DNA of 56,489 nt, filler included, from Sphacelaria rigidula (taxonomy: Eukaryota), in the NCBI GenBank assembly GCA_964200075.2. It is 5 parts of 5 records of this genome, joined end to end, with 100 filler letters (N's around TTAATTAATTAA, not from the genome) between each part and the next. Parts side by side here need not be neighbours in the genome. Positions count along the whole stretch, not along the records: positions 1 to 11,219 come from CAXNAA020005220.1; positions 11,320 to 22,537 come from CAXNAA020005221.1; 3 more parts are not named here. One strand, written 5' to 3'. Position 1 is the stretch's first letter; every line of letters begins with the position of its first letter. This document shows positions 1 through 11,901 of this stretch, one piece after another. The notes beneath the pieces were generated by a model that worked only from the letters and a program-made list of their open reading frames with translations, made no database searches and was not told the origin of the DNA. The position numbers were made by a program, and so were the translations under genes.

Positions 1-592
1 CGTGGTCAATGGTCAAACGACTAAGGCAAGCAACGAATGAGAACCCCCCCCCACCACCACCATCACCCCCCGCCTTAGGGTTGGCGTCGGTTGGCAACGA
101 CGGTGTCGAACACACCTCTCACTGCGTACGCTAAGCAACCAGGTGACCGTTTCTTGTTCTCATTTTCGTTTTTTTATAGTGACCATGATGGTGCTCGAGA
201 TAGACCGTGATGTGCGGGGTGGAGAACCTCAACTCCGCGCAAAGGAGATGATCATACCACGAAGTGCTCAAATGGTGAGACACCCATGAGGCAGTGTGGA
301 ACCCATGGCTGTCTCTGGAAGTAGCAATATCAGAAAATAAAGCGGTGCATTGGAGGCTCCCATCGATATGCACGATAATCAGTACGCTTCGGGCCGAATA
401 ATCTTAGCAGGGTGCAGCTCACCCTTCGTGCGACTCGCCGAAAATATCACGGCGCTTCGCGCTTGGTGACTGACTGAGAGCCTGGTCCGGCGAAAACCCG
501 GCGTGCTCCGTCCCGGCTTTGTAGGGATTCGAGGTCAATGGTCTCATCATGGAATGCGAGATCATGGGTAGCACCCCCCCCCCCCCCCCCAC
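1..592 (+). mobile_element. Poly(C)-ended retroposon composite: module A (partial) + C-run + ~430-bp body + module B + C-run
   Basis: Aligns by eye over its length with 30616-31212 (+) and 28383-28977 (-). Module B is at ~503-572. A further decayed B copy flanked by C-runs lies at ~646-740. Confidence 0.8.
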
Positions 593-2416
593 CCTCTCCC
601 CACCCTTCGCCCTATACTTCCCCAACCACCCCCCCNNNNNNNNNNAAACCCCGGCGCGCGCCGTCTCGGGTGTGTAGTGGTTTGTAGTCAACCGGATTCG
701 CATCGAAAGCAAGAGTATGTGTTCCCCCCCCCCCCCCCCTCCATTGTGCTTCTCTCAGCTTGTCCAACTTACCCACCCGCTTACCCTGCGTTGTTGCTGT
801 CACTCCTTGCCGTGTGCACACGCTGCACGCTGCCACGAACGCAGATGATGTTCATTCAATGCCAGCTCGCGGTATTGGGTGGATTGGTTTGTATGATACT
901 GGTTTGCTGGCGGCGACACGGCAGCATGATATCCGTGCTCTATGCCCTGCCCGGATCGGAAGACGCTTCTTATCAAGACACCCCTTGATTAATCATCTCC
1001 CAACTGACCGCAGGGAAAAGCGTGGGCGATCTGGGTACGGCATCACAAGTCATTTTTTACTTGAAGAAAAATGAAATGCTCATTCAGGACATGTCCACAC
1101 CCCACCCTGACAGGGAAACGGTTGACGAACCCCTTGGTTGGGGGTGTCGGATGGCGTCACTGGTCGGGTCCCACTCTAGATCGACCACGGGGTGAACAGT
1201 TATGTGAAAAAATAGTGCTCTGTGTTGTAGTTTAGTAGAAGGCACTCAAATGCGAGCCAGGGATAGACCGGGAAAATCACGTAAATAAACTGTGCCTCGG
1301 GTATGCTGCTGAGTGCTGTCATCAGGGATGCACGATGCTCGCAAGTATAGACAGGGAGAAGAACTGCTCGGCTGAGCACGGTTGTTTGATCAGGTGATTG
1401 ATTGAGGTTCGCATATCAACTAGTTCCCCGAGGATTCCATCCGTCATCACAAAATAGATCCATCTGTACCCCAGGAAAAAGTAAAACGAAGACACCCGCT
1501 GAAGGTAACTCGATAAGTTGTTCCGAAATGAGGTCTAGTGGCCTGGGAGGCATGATATGAGTTGATTGCCCCGACTTTTTCTTGTTTTTTCATGCGAAGC
1601 TCTCGTGGGATCTGTAGCGCAGTAAGAGAGAGTCGTATTATTAAGGTCAAGTTTATTACTGTCGACGTTAGCCTGTATGGATGGACGTACAGCGTACTTG
1701 CGAGTTGGAGGTTTTGAGTTGAGTTACCCCCTTCCCTCCCCCCGCCCCCCTCCCCAATGTGATCAATTGCGACCAACAAGATGGAGCGTTGGTGAGTTGG
1801 CTACTGTTCGTCTCTTCCTTTCGTGTATTGTGCGCTTTCAGTCGGTTAGGGCGCTGGGGCTGACTCGGAGTGATCAATTAGGATGACTGCGTCCGATTCG
1901 GAGTCGAAGGATCAAGTTGTCCTCTTTGATGGAGGGGGGAGATTATAATAATTGTTGTTTTGTTTGACCCTTTGGTCGTTGTTTGATGTATGTCCTTGGG
2001 TAAGGAGTCTACATATGAATATATTCAGGTTTCGCCGGAGAACCCGGGTACGGTATCAATCCCACTGAAAGTTAGTGTTTACCCGGTCGTTTGCTGAGAA
2101 ACTATCTGACTCACGCGGTGTACATATTGCTGTTGATGATTTGTTCGTAATGTACTACTGTATTGTACGAGAAAATGTGAGATAAAAAAGGAAAAAAAAT
2201 GGAAGTGAAAACGAGATTGACTAAGAAAATAAAATAAATGCTTTCATGAGAAGGCATCATACAGCACACTGATGATGGTGCAAACATGTTTACATACCTA
2301 CGTAGCCTGCTCTCCGGGTTTATGGTGTTTCCGGTGGATAGTCTTGGGCGGAAACAATTCTGTGGGAGGACTCTCGACTAGACATAGATCCTGAAAAATG
2401 GGAACAACATTTAATG

Positions 2417-2557
2417 TATGGAAACCAACTGAGGTCGAAATTGCATATTATATTGCATCTGGTAACCGTCAAGCGTGTATTTGAACGGTTCATAGATACG
2501 TTTGACGGATACCAGTTGCAATATAATATGCAATTTCGACCTCAGTTCGTTCCCATA
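2417..2557. repeat. ~140-bp imperfect foldback palindrome
   Basis: Left arm aactgaggtcgaaattgcatattatattgca... is the reverse complement of right arm ...tgcaatataatatgcaatttcgacctcagtt, with almost no loop. Confidence 0.9.
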
Positions 2558-2761
2558 GAAAATCTCGTTCACGCTTTTCAGATGCCCCTGTAACCAGCAG
2601 AGCTAACCCTTACACCACGATGCGGATGCGGGTAGTCCATCTGGATCATGCATACTTTTTTCAAGTGAACTTGGTGCCGATTCAAGAGATAACATACTCT
2701 CGCCGTCAAAGGGTTAAGTTTTGGTCGAGAATCTATGCTTGACATGATGGCTACTTGATTC

Positions 2762-3214
2762 AACAGCCGATCATTGAAAATGAGGATAGAGCTTTTCGTC
2801 GAGGGTGAGAACCCGGCGGATTAAAATCTTTGTACGAGATCCGCACCAAGTCTTCGAAATATGGTTTCATCCCTTCACCTACTGGTAGCTATTGACAACT
2901 GCTACACGCCCTACAAATTTGGATTTCGGTAACCGAAATGTTGGAGTCCTAGATGACGAAACAATTTCGGGAAATTTAGGTGATCCGATCGGATCGCCGA
3001 AATTGCCCGAAATTGGTTTTTCACCTAGGAACCCAAAATTCCGGTTATCGATGTCCAACTTTGTAGGGCGTATAGCAGTTGTCAATAGCTACCAGTAGGT
3101 GAAGAGATGGAACCATATTTCGAAGATTGGTGCGGATCTCGTCCGAAGATTTTAATTCGCCGGGTTCTCACACTCGATGAAAAGCTCCATACACAATTTC
3201 GATGATCGGCTGTT
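2762..3214. repeat. ~450-bp loopless foldback palindrome
   Basis: Centre gatccgatcggatc at 2988/2989. Arms match out to aacagccgatca (2762) and tgatcggctgtt (3214). The ORF track shows mirror ORFs 2879-3085 (-) and 2892-3098 (+). Confidence 0.95.
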
Positions 3215-3771
3215 ATTTGGAGTGAACACCGATGTTCGGATCTTGAGAGGTGCTGAGTATTCCTGGCTTGCCCAGAGCGCGCTTTTGAGGTTTTGCAACG
3301 CGTAAGTTGCCAGGGGCAATCTTTGCACCCCCCTCGCCCGAGACTTCTCGTACGCCTTGGATCGGGGTTAGGGTTAGGGTTAGGGTTAGTTAGTTCGGAG
3401 AAATGAACCATTAATTTTCCGACCAAAGCTAAGGGTCGCCTCGTTTGAACTTGGAGTTGTTCCGTCCACTTCATTATGGGCTCTCAAGACACGCTGTGGC
3501 TCCTGGTGGCCCAGCTGACGATCACCCAACGACACTCGCGCAGGACCACGAAAGAAATTACGTTCTGGGATCTGAGACAAGAGAAACGAAGCGTTTGTTT
3601 TTGCCAAGTAGTCAGGACGATATTGTTGGGCTCCTCACGTCCCCCTTTGTGGTGGCATGTCACTTCATTTTCCTCAGTTCTCGAACGAAAGAATCAACGC
3701 GAGAACCTCGCTCGCGGACAGAAACACGAACGGCAACAGCAGTGTCAACATGTCACTACTACTGAAGAACA

Positions 3772-4027
3772 ATCAATGCTACGGTAGGGGTGCACTTTTT
3801 GCGCGAAATCTTGTCTGGTTTAGGGGCTCTTAACTATTCTAGATGCACAAGAATATGGGTCAGGACATCTCTGTTTGCAAATTCATTCGGGATATTCCTG
3901 GTACATTGGAATAGTAATCCTGGCCTACTCTCACTTACTCCATAACTCTTGTTTTGGATTAGACCAAGGGCTCCAAACAATTCTAACCTCAGAAAGTATT
4001 TGTGCACTTCAACCCTAGCGTTGCTCT
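3772..4027 (+). mobile_element. ~250-bp MITE family (TIR consensus GAGCAATGCTACGGTAGGGGTGCAC), copy 1
   Basis: TIRs plus a shared internal sequence with the copies at 8772-9029, 20884-21137 and 40156-40412. GAGCA-type ends suggest PIF/Harbinger (Tourist-like), but the TSD is not resolved. Confidence 0.8.
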
Positions 4028-4301
4028 GAAGCGACTACCGTTATGATGTGGATACTGACAGGTTTCGGGCTTCTATGGAGTCAGCCCATTCGTCTGTTGA
4101 GGGGAGTGATTTACAGTACCAAAAAAAGAGTGATGAGGGTGCGCCCGTGGGAGGGGAGGGGTGTGTCGCCAAGCCCCAACAATATTCAGCATGGGAAGGA
4201 GATGAAAGGATGCCCACTTGCCCCAAGATGCATGCCCATTCTTGTTTTGATTTGACGCGATAGGTGTCGACGCCGACTATTTGAAGTGACGATCTGCGAC
4301 A

Positions 4302-5202
4302 TAGTAGTCAGCATTAGAAGTTTTCAGAATCCGTGGTTGTTGTAGTTTTTGAGTTTTCCTCGAGTACTATTCTTCACTACTACTTGAAAGTACTAGCGCC
4401 GGTAGATTTCGGGGGAAAGCGTAGGCCACGCTCAAACTGCAGTGTTCAAATTGGTGTTTTTGGGGGCGATACGGACTAGATATCCCGTTCATCAGGAGGG
4501 TGTTATTGACCGTCTTTGGCCCAACAAAAACAGTTTTCCGGCTCTTCCGCAATGAAACGGTAAATATTCAGATGAATTAATACGTATAAAATTCTTCATA
4601 ATAACGATCGAGATCGCGTTTCCCTCGTGTACTGCACAGACCTCAGTCTGGTATTTTCTGCGGATGCCCTCTTTTCGTCTTTTTTTAGCATACCATTTTT
4701 CATGAGCACTCGAACGTGCTAGCGTCGATAGTTTTGGCAAAACGATCAGACCGTGCTCAAATCGCAATGCCCAAGTTGGTGTTGTGGGGGCGATACGGAG
4801 TAGAGACCCCATTTATCAGGAGGGTGTTATTGACCGTAAATGGTCCAAGAAACACGGTTTTCCGGCTTTAGCGCAGTGAATGGGTGAAATAAAAATATAT
4901 CATTTTCGAGTCTTCACTTATATGATCAGGATCGAGTCGGTCCACTGAAAACACGAAAAAGCTAGAACCTGGGGTTGCAATTTTGCAGGATCCCCGAAGA
5001 TCGGTCAAGCCCGTAAGTCACTCAATATTGATCGTAGATATTTATTCTTTCAACAGTTGTTAAGAGGATTAAAACATCTCCTGATTCCCATTTTTTGGCG
5101 TCCAACAGCCACTGTGAAGGCGGTGGCAAGCGAAACAAATCTGGAAAATTTTTGGGAAAGTAAGAAATAACGAATTCTGCATACCTCTGACACTGACTAC
5201 TG
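4302..5202. mobile_element. Non-autonomous Tc1/mariner-like TIR element with internal ~175-bp direct repeat
   Basis: Degenerate ~35-bp TIR: tagtagtcagcattagaag... versus the right-end reverse complement cagtagtcagtgtcagagg.... TA follows the right end. Internal direct repeat ~4390-4567 / ~4714-4892 shares caggagggtgttattgaccgt. Confidence 0.6.
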
Positions 5203-5699
5203 TATGTAGGAAGTACGAGACATGGGGTTCAATCAACGAGAAAAAAAATGGCCCATATTTTTGAGCAGATGAGCACCTTCCCCTTGATTAGGCGATTAAT
5301 ACGATACGCGGATCACGGTCCAACTCGTCTATGTCGATGAGATGTTGCTTCCAGAGCTTGAATCCGTTTTTAGGCTGGCCCAGCTCGTATACACAGGCAG
5401 ACGTAGTTTCGCCGAGTTTCACTCGAACAGGTACTCATTTCGCCGCCTCTGTTGATGCTCCTCCACTATATTATAGCCACCTGCGCTGTACCCGGTACCC
5501 AAGCACTCTAAAATGGAGGCTAAGGCGGAGGCCAAAGGCTCTACTGGGCCGGAGTTGGCGGAACTAGCTAGGGGAGCCAAGGGTTTACGACACGCTAAAT
5601 CACCACATGCAAGTTTCAAACTATTTCCCCCTCACTGTCTTTCAAACCGAGCCAATCAAAACGACGGTGTGCAGTAGTACCAAGTACTGCGCGTTGTAG

Positions 5700-6370
5700 G
5701 TTACTTTGGGCATTAACTCCATTCAACCACCGCGCATAGCAGTGTGTCACACTGAGACACACACGGGCAGTAGCGTGAAACTCGAAGTGGTGCAGAATGC
5801 GAAGTGTGCTGCTAAGTACTCCTTCGACATCAACGCGAATCATACAGCTGACAACTACACAAGTGAGAGTTCAACTCGACCTACACGATCATCTCCACCA
5901 GAATGATTCGATCCAAACGCTCAGTCACGAAGAGTGGTGGGCTACACATTTTATTATCGACGTGATGTGTGCACGTAAAAAAGCTGCCATAGCAGCGAGC
6001 TATATCATATGGGCGCACATGACACGCGAGTGCACGCAGAGTGATCCTGAAGCTGTGCGGAAAGCTCCCGCTAGCAGGACGAAGTCGCTGGGCAGATGAG
6101 GCACAGCAGAGAGAAGAGGCTCCAGTGGTGCTTGAAGACGTTTCTCACTAGATGCTCAGATTTTGCGAAAGCTTTTTGAAACGAAATAGACACATGGACA
6201 TGCAAATAGCCAACTTCTCGAAAGCCAACCTTGAGGAAGTAATGCGATTTCACGATGAATCTACAAAACAAACTGCGACGAAACCCTTCCCTCATCTATA
6301 CCATGCACATCCGATGTACAAGTTCAAGTCACTAAGAGCAAACAGTACCCACGCACAACAAGTAGCATAG
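5700..6370 (+). pseudogene. Decayed transposase-like fragment (DUF6729/Zisupton-like, tentative)
   Basis: Broken frames give VVQN...YTSES, THFIIDVMC and VVLEDVSH*MLRF, which recall the N..T.SE / D..CC / D.FHWM.RF motif order of this group. Stops and frameshifts are present. Confidence 0.35.
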
Positions 6371-6468
6371 ATAGTCTGAAATCTTGTCGAGGTGGTTACC
6401 GCAGGTGCAAACTCCCCCCCCCCCCCCCCTGCGCGCACGCGCGTCATCTTGTACGATTATCCGTCTCG

Positions 6469-6616
6469 ACAGGGACGCGTGATTAATGATCAAACGACTA
6501 AGGCAAGCAACATATGAGTATGTCTCGAAAGGAATGCGTGGTCAATGGTCACACGACTAAGGCAAGCAACAAATAAATGAGTACGCCCCCCCCCTCTCCC
6601 CCCTCTCCCTCCCCCC
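6469..6616 (+). mobile_element. Two tandem module-A copies (LINE 3' ends) with C-tail
   Basis: gtctcgaaaggaatgcgtggtcaatggtc...gactaaggcaagcaac..atgagtac occurs twice, preceded (6414-6429) and followed by C-runs. Confidence 0.85.
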
Positions 6617-6643
6617 GCCATCGTCGTTTTTCATGTTTGGCAG

Positions 6644-6756
6644 GAACATGCAGAGAGGCAGGTGTCTGACGAGGAGTTAGAACCGTATATGAAACTGTTT
6701 GAGAAGCATCGAGGGGACATTCGGTCCATATTCGATGATTTGGGGGAAGATCCGGG
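6644..6756 (+). CDS. Possible isolated coding exon of an unknown gene (EHAERQVSDEELEPYMKLFEKHRGDIRSIFDDLGEDP)
   Basis: Pyrimidine tract + CAG acceptor, a stop-free protein-like frame, and a GTGAGT donor at 6757. No partner exons were identified. Confidence 0.4.
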
Positions 6757-8771
6757 GTGAGTTGATTTCAGGCCTGCTTATATTAGTTCAAGCGGCGTAG
6801 TCAATGGGAGAGGTAGTTAGTGGCATCGTATTCATGTCGCTGTACCTTCGAAACGGAACAGGGATTGGTTACCGCAAGCTCGCAGGCGGTTCTTTGCCTG
6901 CATTATTCGCAGTTCACGGTAGGATGCGAATTTCACACATTCCAATCAAATATCGAGAACGAAATTTACCGTAGAGTTTGTGGGGACATTGCCCAATTGA
7001 CAGAAGTAGACGGGAAAATTCCCAGCCCTACTGGAGTGAGGCCGCGATAGCACCCCTCAAACCAGCCCTAGAACTATAACGAAAAAAGATGGCCGTAGAG
7101 CGCAGGGTAGCTGGTTTCAGACTGCATGAAGTGTCTCACTCGGGAAAGATAGGCAGAAACATTCCTAAGCGTGCGAGTTTTTTATTTCATCTAGATCTTG
7201 CCGCCGCACCAGCAACGTTTCTAGGGAGGGGGCTGTCTCGGCATCCCTCATTGAATGACTCTTCGCTCATGGATATAGGTCTCGGCGACATATTTCTAGT
7301 ATCACATGTTTGAGCGCTACTAACTCTGTAGTCTTCGATAAGATTGAAGGTTGATCGATGAAGCCTTTCCTGGTTACAACTTGAGGGGACATTACTTTCG
7401 TGCAACCTATTGAGTCATCCTACGATAGGGGGGGGGGGATTTGGTTGCACGAAAAACGAGGCTCATAAGTGTGTCAGACCTACTTCACACCTTGGGNNNN
7501 NNNNNNCCAACAACACCTCCTTCTTTCAACCACAAACCACCACGAAATTTACACCAACAAACCCCCCAAACCCCCCCCCCCCCCCCCCCCCCCCTATCGT
7601 AGGATGACTCTATTATGGAATTCAACGCATCAGGTATTTAGCACGGTATCTCTGTACAGCAATTGCACAACAAAATTGTTGCTGGACACAAGGACTATGT
7701 TTACTCTCGAGAGCATGAGCGCGTGCAATCCACAGTGGCCTTGGGGGCGTACAGTTACCACACGATATCGCACACTCCTAAAAACAGGACTCGTCGACGA
7801 CGTGCAGACGATATTTCAGTCAACAACACACACAACCAAACGTTATTGAATACCATGTCTATCCTCCTGCAACACGACAAGAATAGTCTCAATACGGGAC
7901 GATTGAGTGACTACTTTCAGTCAACAACAGCGATCAATCTCCACCACCATCTCCACCACCACCACCACTCCCGCCGTAGATCACGTGAATACTGATCTAG
8001 AATGATCAGATCAGATCCGAATATGATCTAGATCACTTCAGTTCATCTAACTTGATCTAAGTATGAACAACGACAACAATACACACAAATCCTCCTCTTC
8101 TCCCGCGCCCCTGCCTGCGCGGCAGCCATCATGTTCTCGAATTAGCGACTACGATGTTGCTGACAACATAAGTTCACGGATAACACCACTCCCTACTACC
8201 CCGGAGTCCTCTAGCTCATTCTCCACGAAGACCGCCTAGATGTCGAAGTTCTGTAGTCTGTGCAGCGCCTAGTGTACAATATCCTTGCTCACCGCCCTTT
8301 CTTAAAGTACATATTTTTCGTGAGCAGTCATCGAAGAATCGGAAATACTAGTAGAGTGTTGAGCATGTTGATTGCAAGTTGTACCTGTACGTTAGTAATA
8401 GCACAACGTGGTCAAACGTTCATGCTGGGGTTTCTTCTTCCCTGATATTCTATAGTGTACCGTCTTATACGCACTGTAAACCATTCCCTGTGATGACGTT
8501 TCCTGGTCCTTGACGAATAAATTGCCCGCTTGTACTGTCTTCAACTTGGGATCTCTCAATCCCCGCCCTCCGTCGCAGCATGTAAGTCGGATGACGAAGA
8601 GACAGCCGTAGAATATGGTGTATACCACCCCCGGATGGTGAGATTTTTGGCCCAAAAATTCATTACCCAGATATTGTTTTGTTGTCCGGGGGTGTTATAC
8701 AACGTACCACTACAGCTGGACCCTAAAAATAAAAGAACCTACCAACCACGGGTCATACACGACATACTGGT

Positions 8772-9029
8772 GAGCAATGCTACGGTAGAGGTGAACATTT
8801 TGCGCACAACCCTGTGCGGTTCAGGGGCTCCCAACGATTTCAGATGCACAAGAATATGGATCAGGGCACTCCCGTTTGCAGAAACATCAATCGAAATATC
8901 TCTACCACATTGAAAAAGCAATCCCGACGTACTCTCAAATATTCCATCAGTCGTACTTAGATGCGATAAAGGGCTCCTAACAATTCTAAACCCAGAAAAT
9001 ACTTGTACATCCCTACCGGAGCATCACTC
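8772..9029 (+). mobile_element. ~250-bp MITE family, copy 2
   Basis: gagcaatgctacggtag ... ctaccggagcatcactc, with internal similarity to 3772-4027. Confidence 0.8.
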
Positions 9030-9635
9030 TACTGGTAAAATACATCGCAAGGGTAATCCGCCGTGTTCCACGGTATCCATTCGGAACCGGGCTTGCCCTA
9101 GTATATTTCACAGTTCGGAGTGACAATGCCTTCTCACTTGTCGGGGACGCGATCCTCACCACTTCCGCACGCCACCCACAACGTTCCACCTCCGTAGGAG
9201 GACCAAGTTAGTTACAACAACAGAAAATTAACCGGCGTTATAAGGGACGGGTAAAGCACCACCACTCTCGTGCAACACGAGTAGTTCGATGGGGATCGTT
9301 TTGTGTTTTTGCTCACGGGGGCATGCTGCCCCACTGACCGCCCCTGGTGTCGCCTGAAACACCCAATCCTCCTGTCAGAGAAATGGTATGTATGAATGCA
9401 AGCAATCAGACACAGATTTACCTTTGTACGATTGCAGCAACTAGTCTCAGTCTGGGCAGTAACAGCAGTAACAGTACAGGTGCAACCAAGAGAAGGATCT
9501 GACTAGTACACGGGTTGCTGTATCTCCGTAGAACTTGCTGTAAGTATGCTGAATTCTTCTGCGAACACTTCCAGAACGTTCTTCGTAGATCTAGATGATT
9601 CTGGATTCTGTGTATGTGGGGGGATTCTGTGTATG

Positions 9636-10010
9636 TGGGGGAGTGTTGGAATATTCAATGTCAAGCATTGGTAACGACTACTATCTATCGTAGGTTATCA
9701 TAAACAAGTAAGAAATCATTTGAGTGTTCCAGAAATAATCTGCGGTTCATTCTGCGGTACAGTATGTTTCCAGAACAAGTTGTCGGGAGATTCATCGCGA
9801 GTTATCGGTTGTAATATCCCACGAGTGTTCTAGACGTGTGGAAGTTCTGGAAGTTCACTAGCTGATTGGTAGGCTCGCACACTTGGTGCTCGCCCACCTG
9901 ATCACTCTCCTCTACTATTTCTCTTCTTGATCACCATAGGCGAAAACTTGACTTCGGGAGTCAGTCAATAATAAACATCTTCATTTCTTCAGTCAAATTC
10001 TCTGATGGAT
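9636..10010 (+). mobile_element. Possible polypurine tract + 3' LTR relic
   Basis: gggggag is immediately followed by TGTTGG at 9644, a typical PPT-LTR junction. A 19-bp tandem duplication lies at 9603-9640. The right boundary is uncertain and there is no partner LTR. Confidence 0.35.
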
Positions 10011-10314
10011 CAAACCGTGGCCCGATTGTAATCCTCCGCGGTAGGCTACTCAGTCTACAAAGCACACGCAGCACAGCACCGCTGCAGCTGCAGGACGCTT
10101 TACACTCTCACCTTCTTTTAATTATGTGGCAAGGAGTCACCCCACGATGTGATAGGGTGGATGCAGAACGTTTTGCGACAAAAGGAGGTTCATGGACGAC
10201 GTGATGTACGGCGGCATATTTCTGTGCGCGCAATTTCGGGACGGGGTGAGGCGTCGTTCAGCTGCCGACACACCGTGGGATGTCGACATCAAACCAATCC
10301 AAGTACTGATTACT

Positions 10315-10530
10315 GCAAAATTCGACTTTAACGGTCGACGAGGAAAAGGGACAGCTGAACCTCTCTCGCGAAAACAAAATAAAGGCAAGCACCGCAGAAG
10401 GAGGGTGGAGGACTAAAACAAATTGAAAAGAAAAGCTCCTGTGTTGGCCTTCCTCCTGTGTGCCCCCGGCTGGTGCGCCCGCATATACCGAAAGGTGTAG
10501 ACGGGCGTCCACAATAGATGGGATGACAAC
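10315..10530 (+). mobile_element. tRNA-SINE body, 5'-truncated copy
   Basis: Matches 19005-19217 and the reverse complement of 20200-20400 (aggcaagcaccgcagaagga...gtgtagac.ggcgtcca.aatagatg). Confidence 0.75.
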
Positions 10531-11104
10531 ACTGCCTCAAGCAAAGTCTCAAGATGGATATTTTCAAAAACAGTACAGTGCAGTACAACCGCATAGTACA
10601 GGGGTGGAAGCTTACATATATATATATATATGTGTGTGTACGCATATAATAAGATATAAACCACAATGCACCCGCGCATGCTGATGATAAACGATCTCTC
10701 CCCTCCCCCCCGCCCCCCCTCCCCTCTCAGGAAGGCGCTGAAATACCCTCCAAAGGATTCTGAGCACTTTGCTACGGTGTATGTGAGAGGGGGCTACACA
10801 TACGTTCCAGATGCCAAGTCCGCCCGGAAGTAATTCGCGCGTATTTCCAGACGTATCGAATATTATAGTGAACAGCGCGTAATGTTTCAGGGCGCTTAGG
10901 GTATAGAGTGGAATGTGGGAACGACATAGTTGTTCAGGGTTTTGAAGGGAGGTCGAAATACCCAGGGATTTTTGGGGGGTCTAAACTCAGGGTTCCCTCG
11001 AATACTTGGTATTATTCACGACAGTATACATACGCCAGGCACTCCGGAGTACTCGGAATAGTTCTTTTATATTTTTATTATTTTTTATTTGCCGCACTTT
11101 GAAC

Positions 11105-11219
11105 CCCACCCCTTCCTCGGGACGAGTCCGTGGTCTCAAGGGATCAACCCATCTCTCCCCGGTACACGCCTTGCATTTTGGTCTCGCGGATTGGGTCATG
11201 ACTATCAGCACTCCCGCAC
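11105..11219 (+). repeat. Dispersed ~130-bp repeat family (ccccttcctcgggacgagtccgtggtctcaag...)
   Basis: Similar copies at ~16790-16925 (+), ~25258-25390 (+) and ~37306-37410 (-). Class unknown. Confidence 0.75.
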
Positions 11220-11319
11220 NNNNNNNNNNNNNNNNNNNNNNNNNNNNNNNNNNNNNNNNNNNNTTAATTAATTAANNNNNNNNNNNNNNNNNNNNNNNNN
11301 NNNNNNNNNNNNNNNNNNN
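11220..11319. other. Artificial contig linker N44-TTAATTAATTAA-N44
   Basis: 100-bp spacer with stops in all six frames. Identical linkers occur at 22538, 33856 and 45173. Confidence 0.99.
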
Positions 11320-11597
11320 TCCCCGCGCTGGTCGTTCGGGTCTGGTCGATAAATTTTGCCTCGCCGTGGTAGGGCAGGTCGCTCGAAGACTTATGTTTTA
11401 TTATTTCACGAACACAGGGTCAACCCTGTGTTAGTGAGGGGTCGGTCCCAAAAGGGTTAATGGGTGTAAGAGAAGTTGTCTCGGGAGCCACGGACTTGGC
11501 CATGGGACGTGCCTAGGCAGTTCGTTCTTTTGTGGAGAGAGACTTCAGGGTCGAGACGAGAAATGAACTCAAGGGGTTATAGTACGAGGAGGCTAGC

Positions 11598-11901
11598 TCA
11601 CCGGCGTTGGGCTACAAATGTCCATGGTTGGCACAATTTTTCACGTATCGCTACCCCTAACCCTGACCCCAACTCAACGCATACCGAGAAACCTCGGGCA
11701 AGGGCAGTGCATACATTCCTGAGGGAAAGTGCGGCCTTGGTAGACCCCAGATCGGCGCCTGTGGCGCCAATTTCATCGAAAACGTGCTCTGCACATGCGA
11801 GGAGCACACGGGACGGTCAGCCTCACTAAATTCCGATCCTCGTTGTTCACACTCAGATGAAGTAAAATCAACAATGGCCATTTGTAGCCCAACGCCGGTG
11901 A
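11598..11901. mobile_element. ~300-bp MITE with ~33-bp TIRs
   Basis: tcaccggcgttgggctacaaatg at 11598 and its exact reverse complement catttgtagcccaacgccggtga ending at 11901. Confidence 0.8.

Noticed and set aside
466-500. Hammerhead-like CUGA..GA-GCC-loop-GGC-GAAA upstream of module B
   Set aside because: The spacing is YUGA(N4)GA rather than CUGAnGA, it varies between copies, and no stem III with a UH cleavage site can be formed.
3365-3389. Telomere (TTAGGG)n
   Set aside because: Only about four units, internal to the contig.
11105-11365. Repeat appearing to continue across the first linker
   Set aside because: Both contigs simply end in a high-copy repeat, and the linker is artificial.
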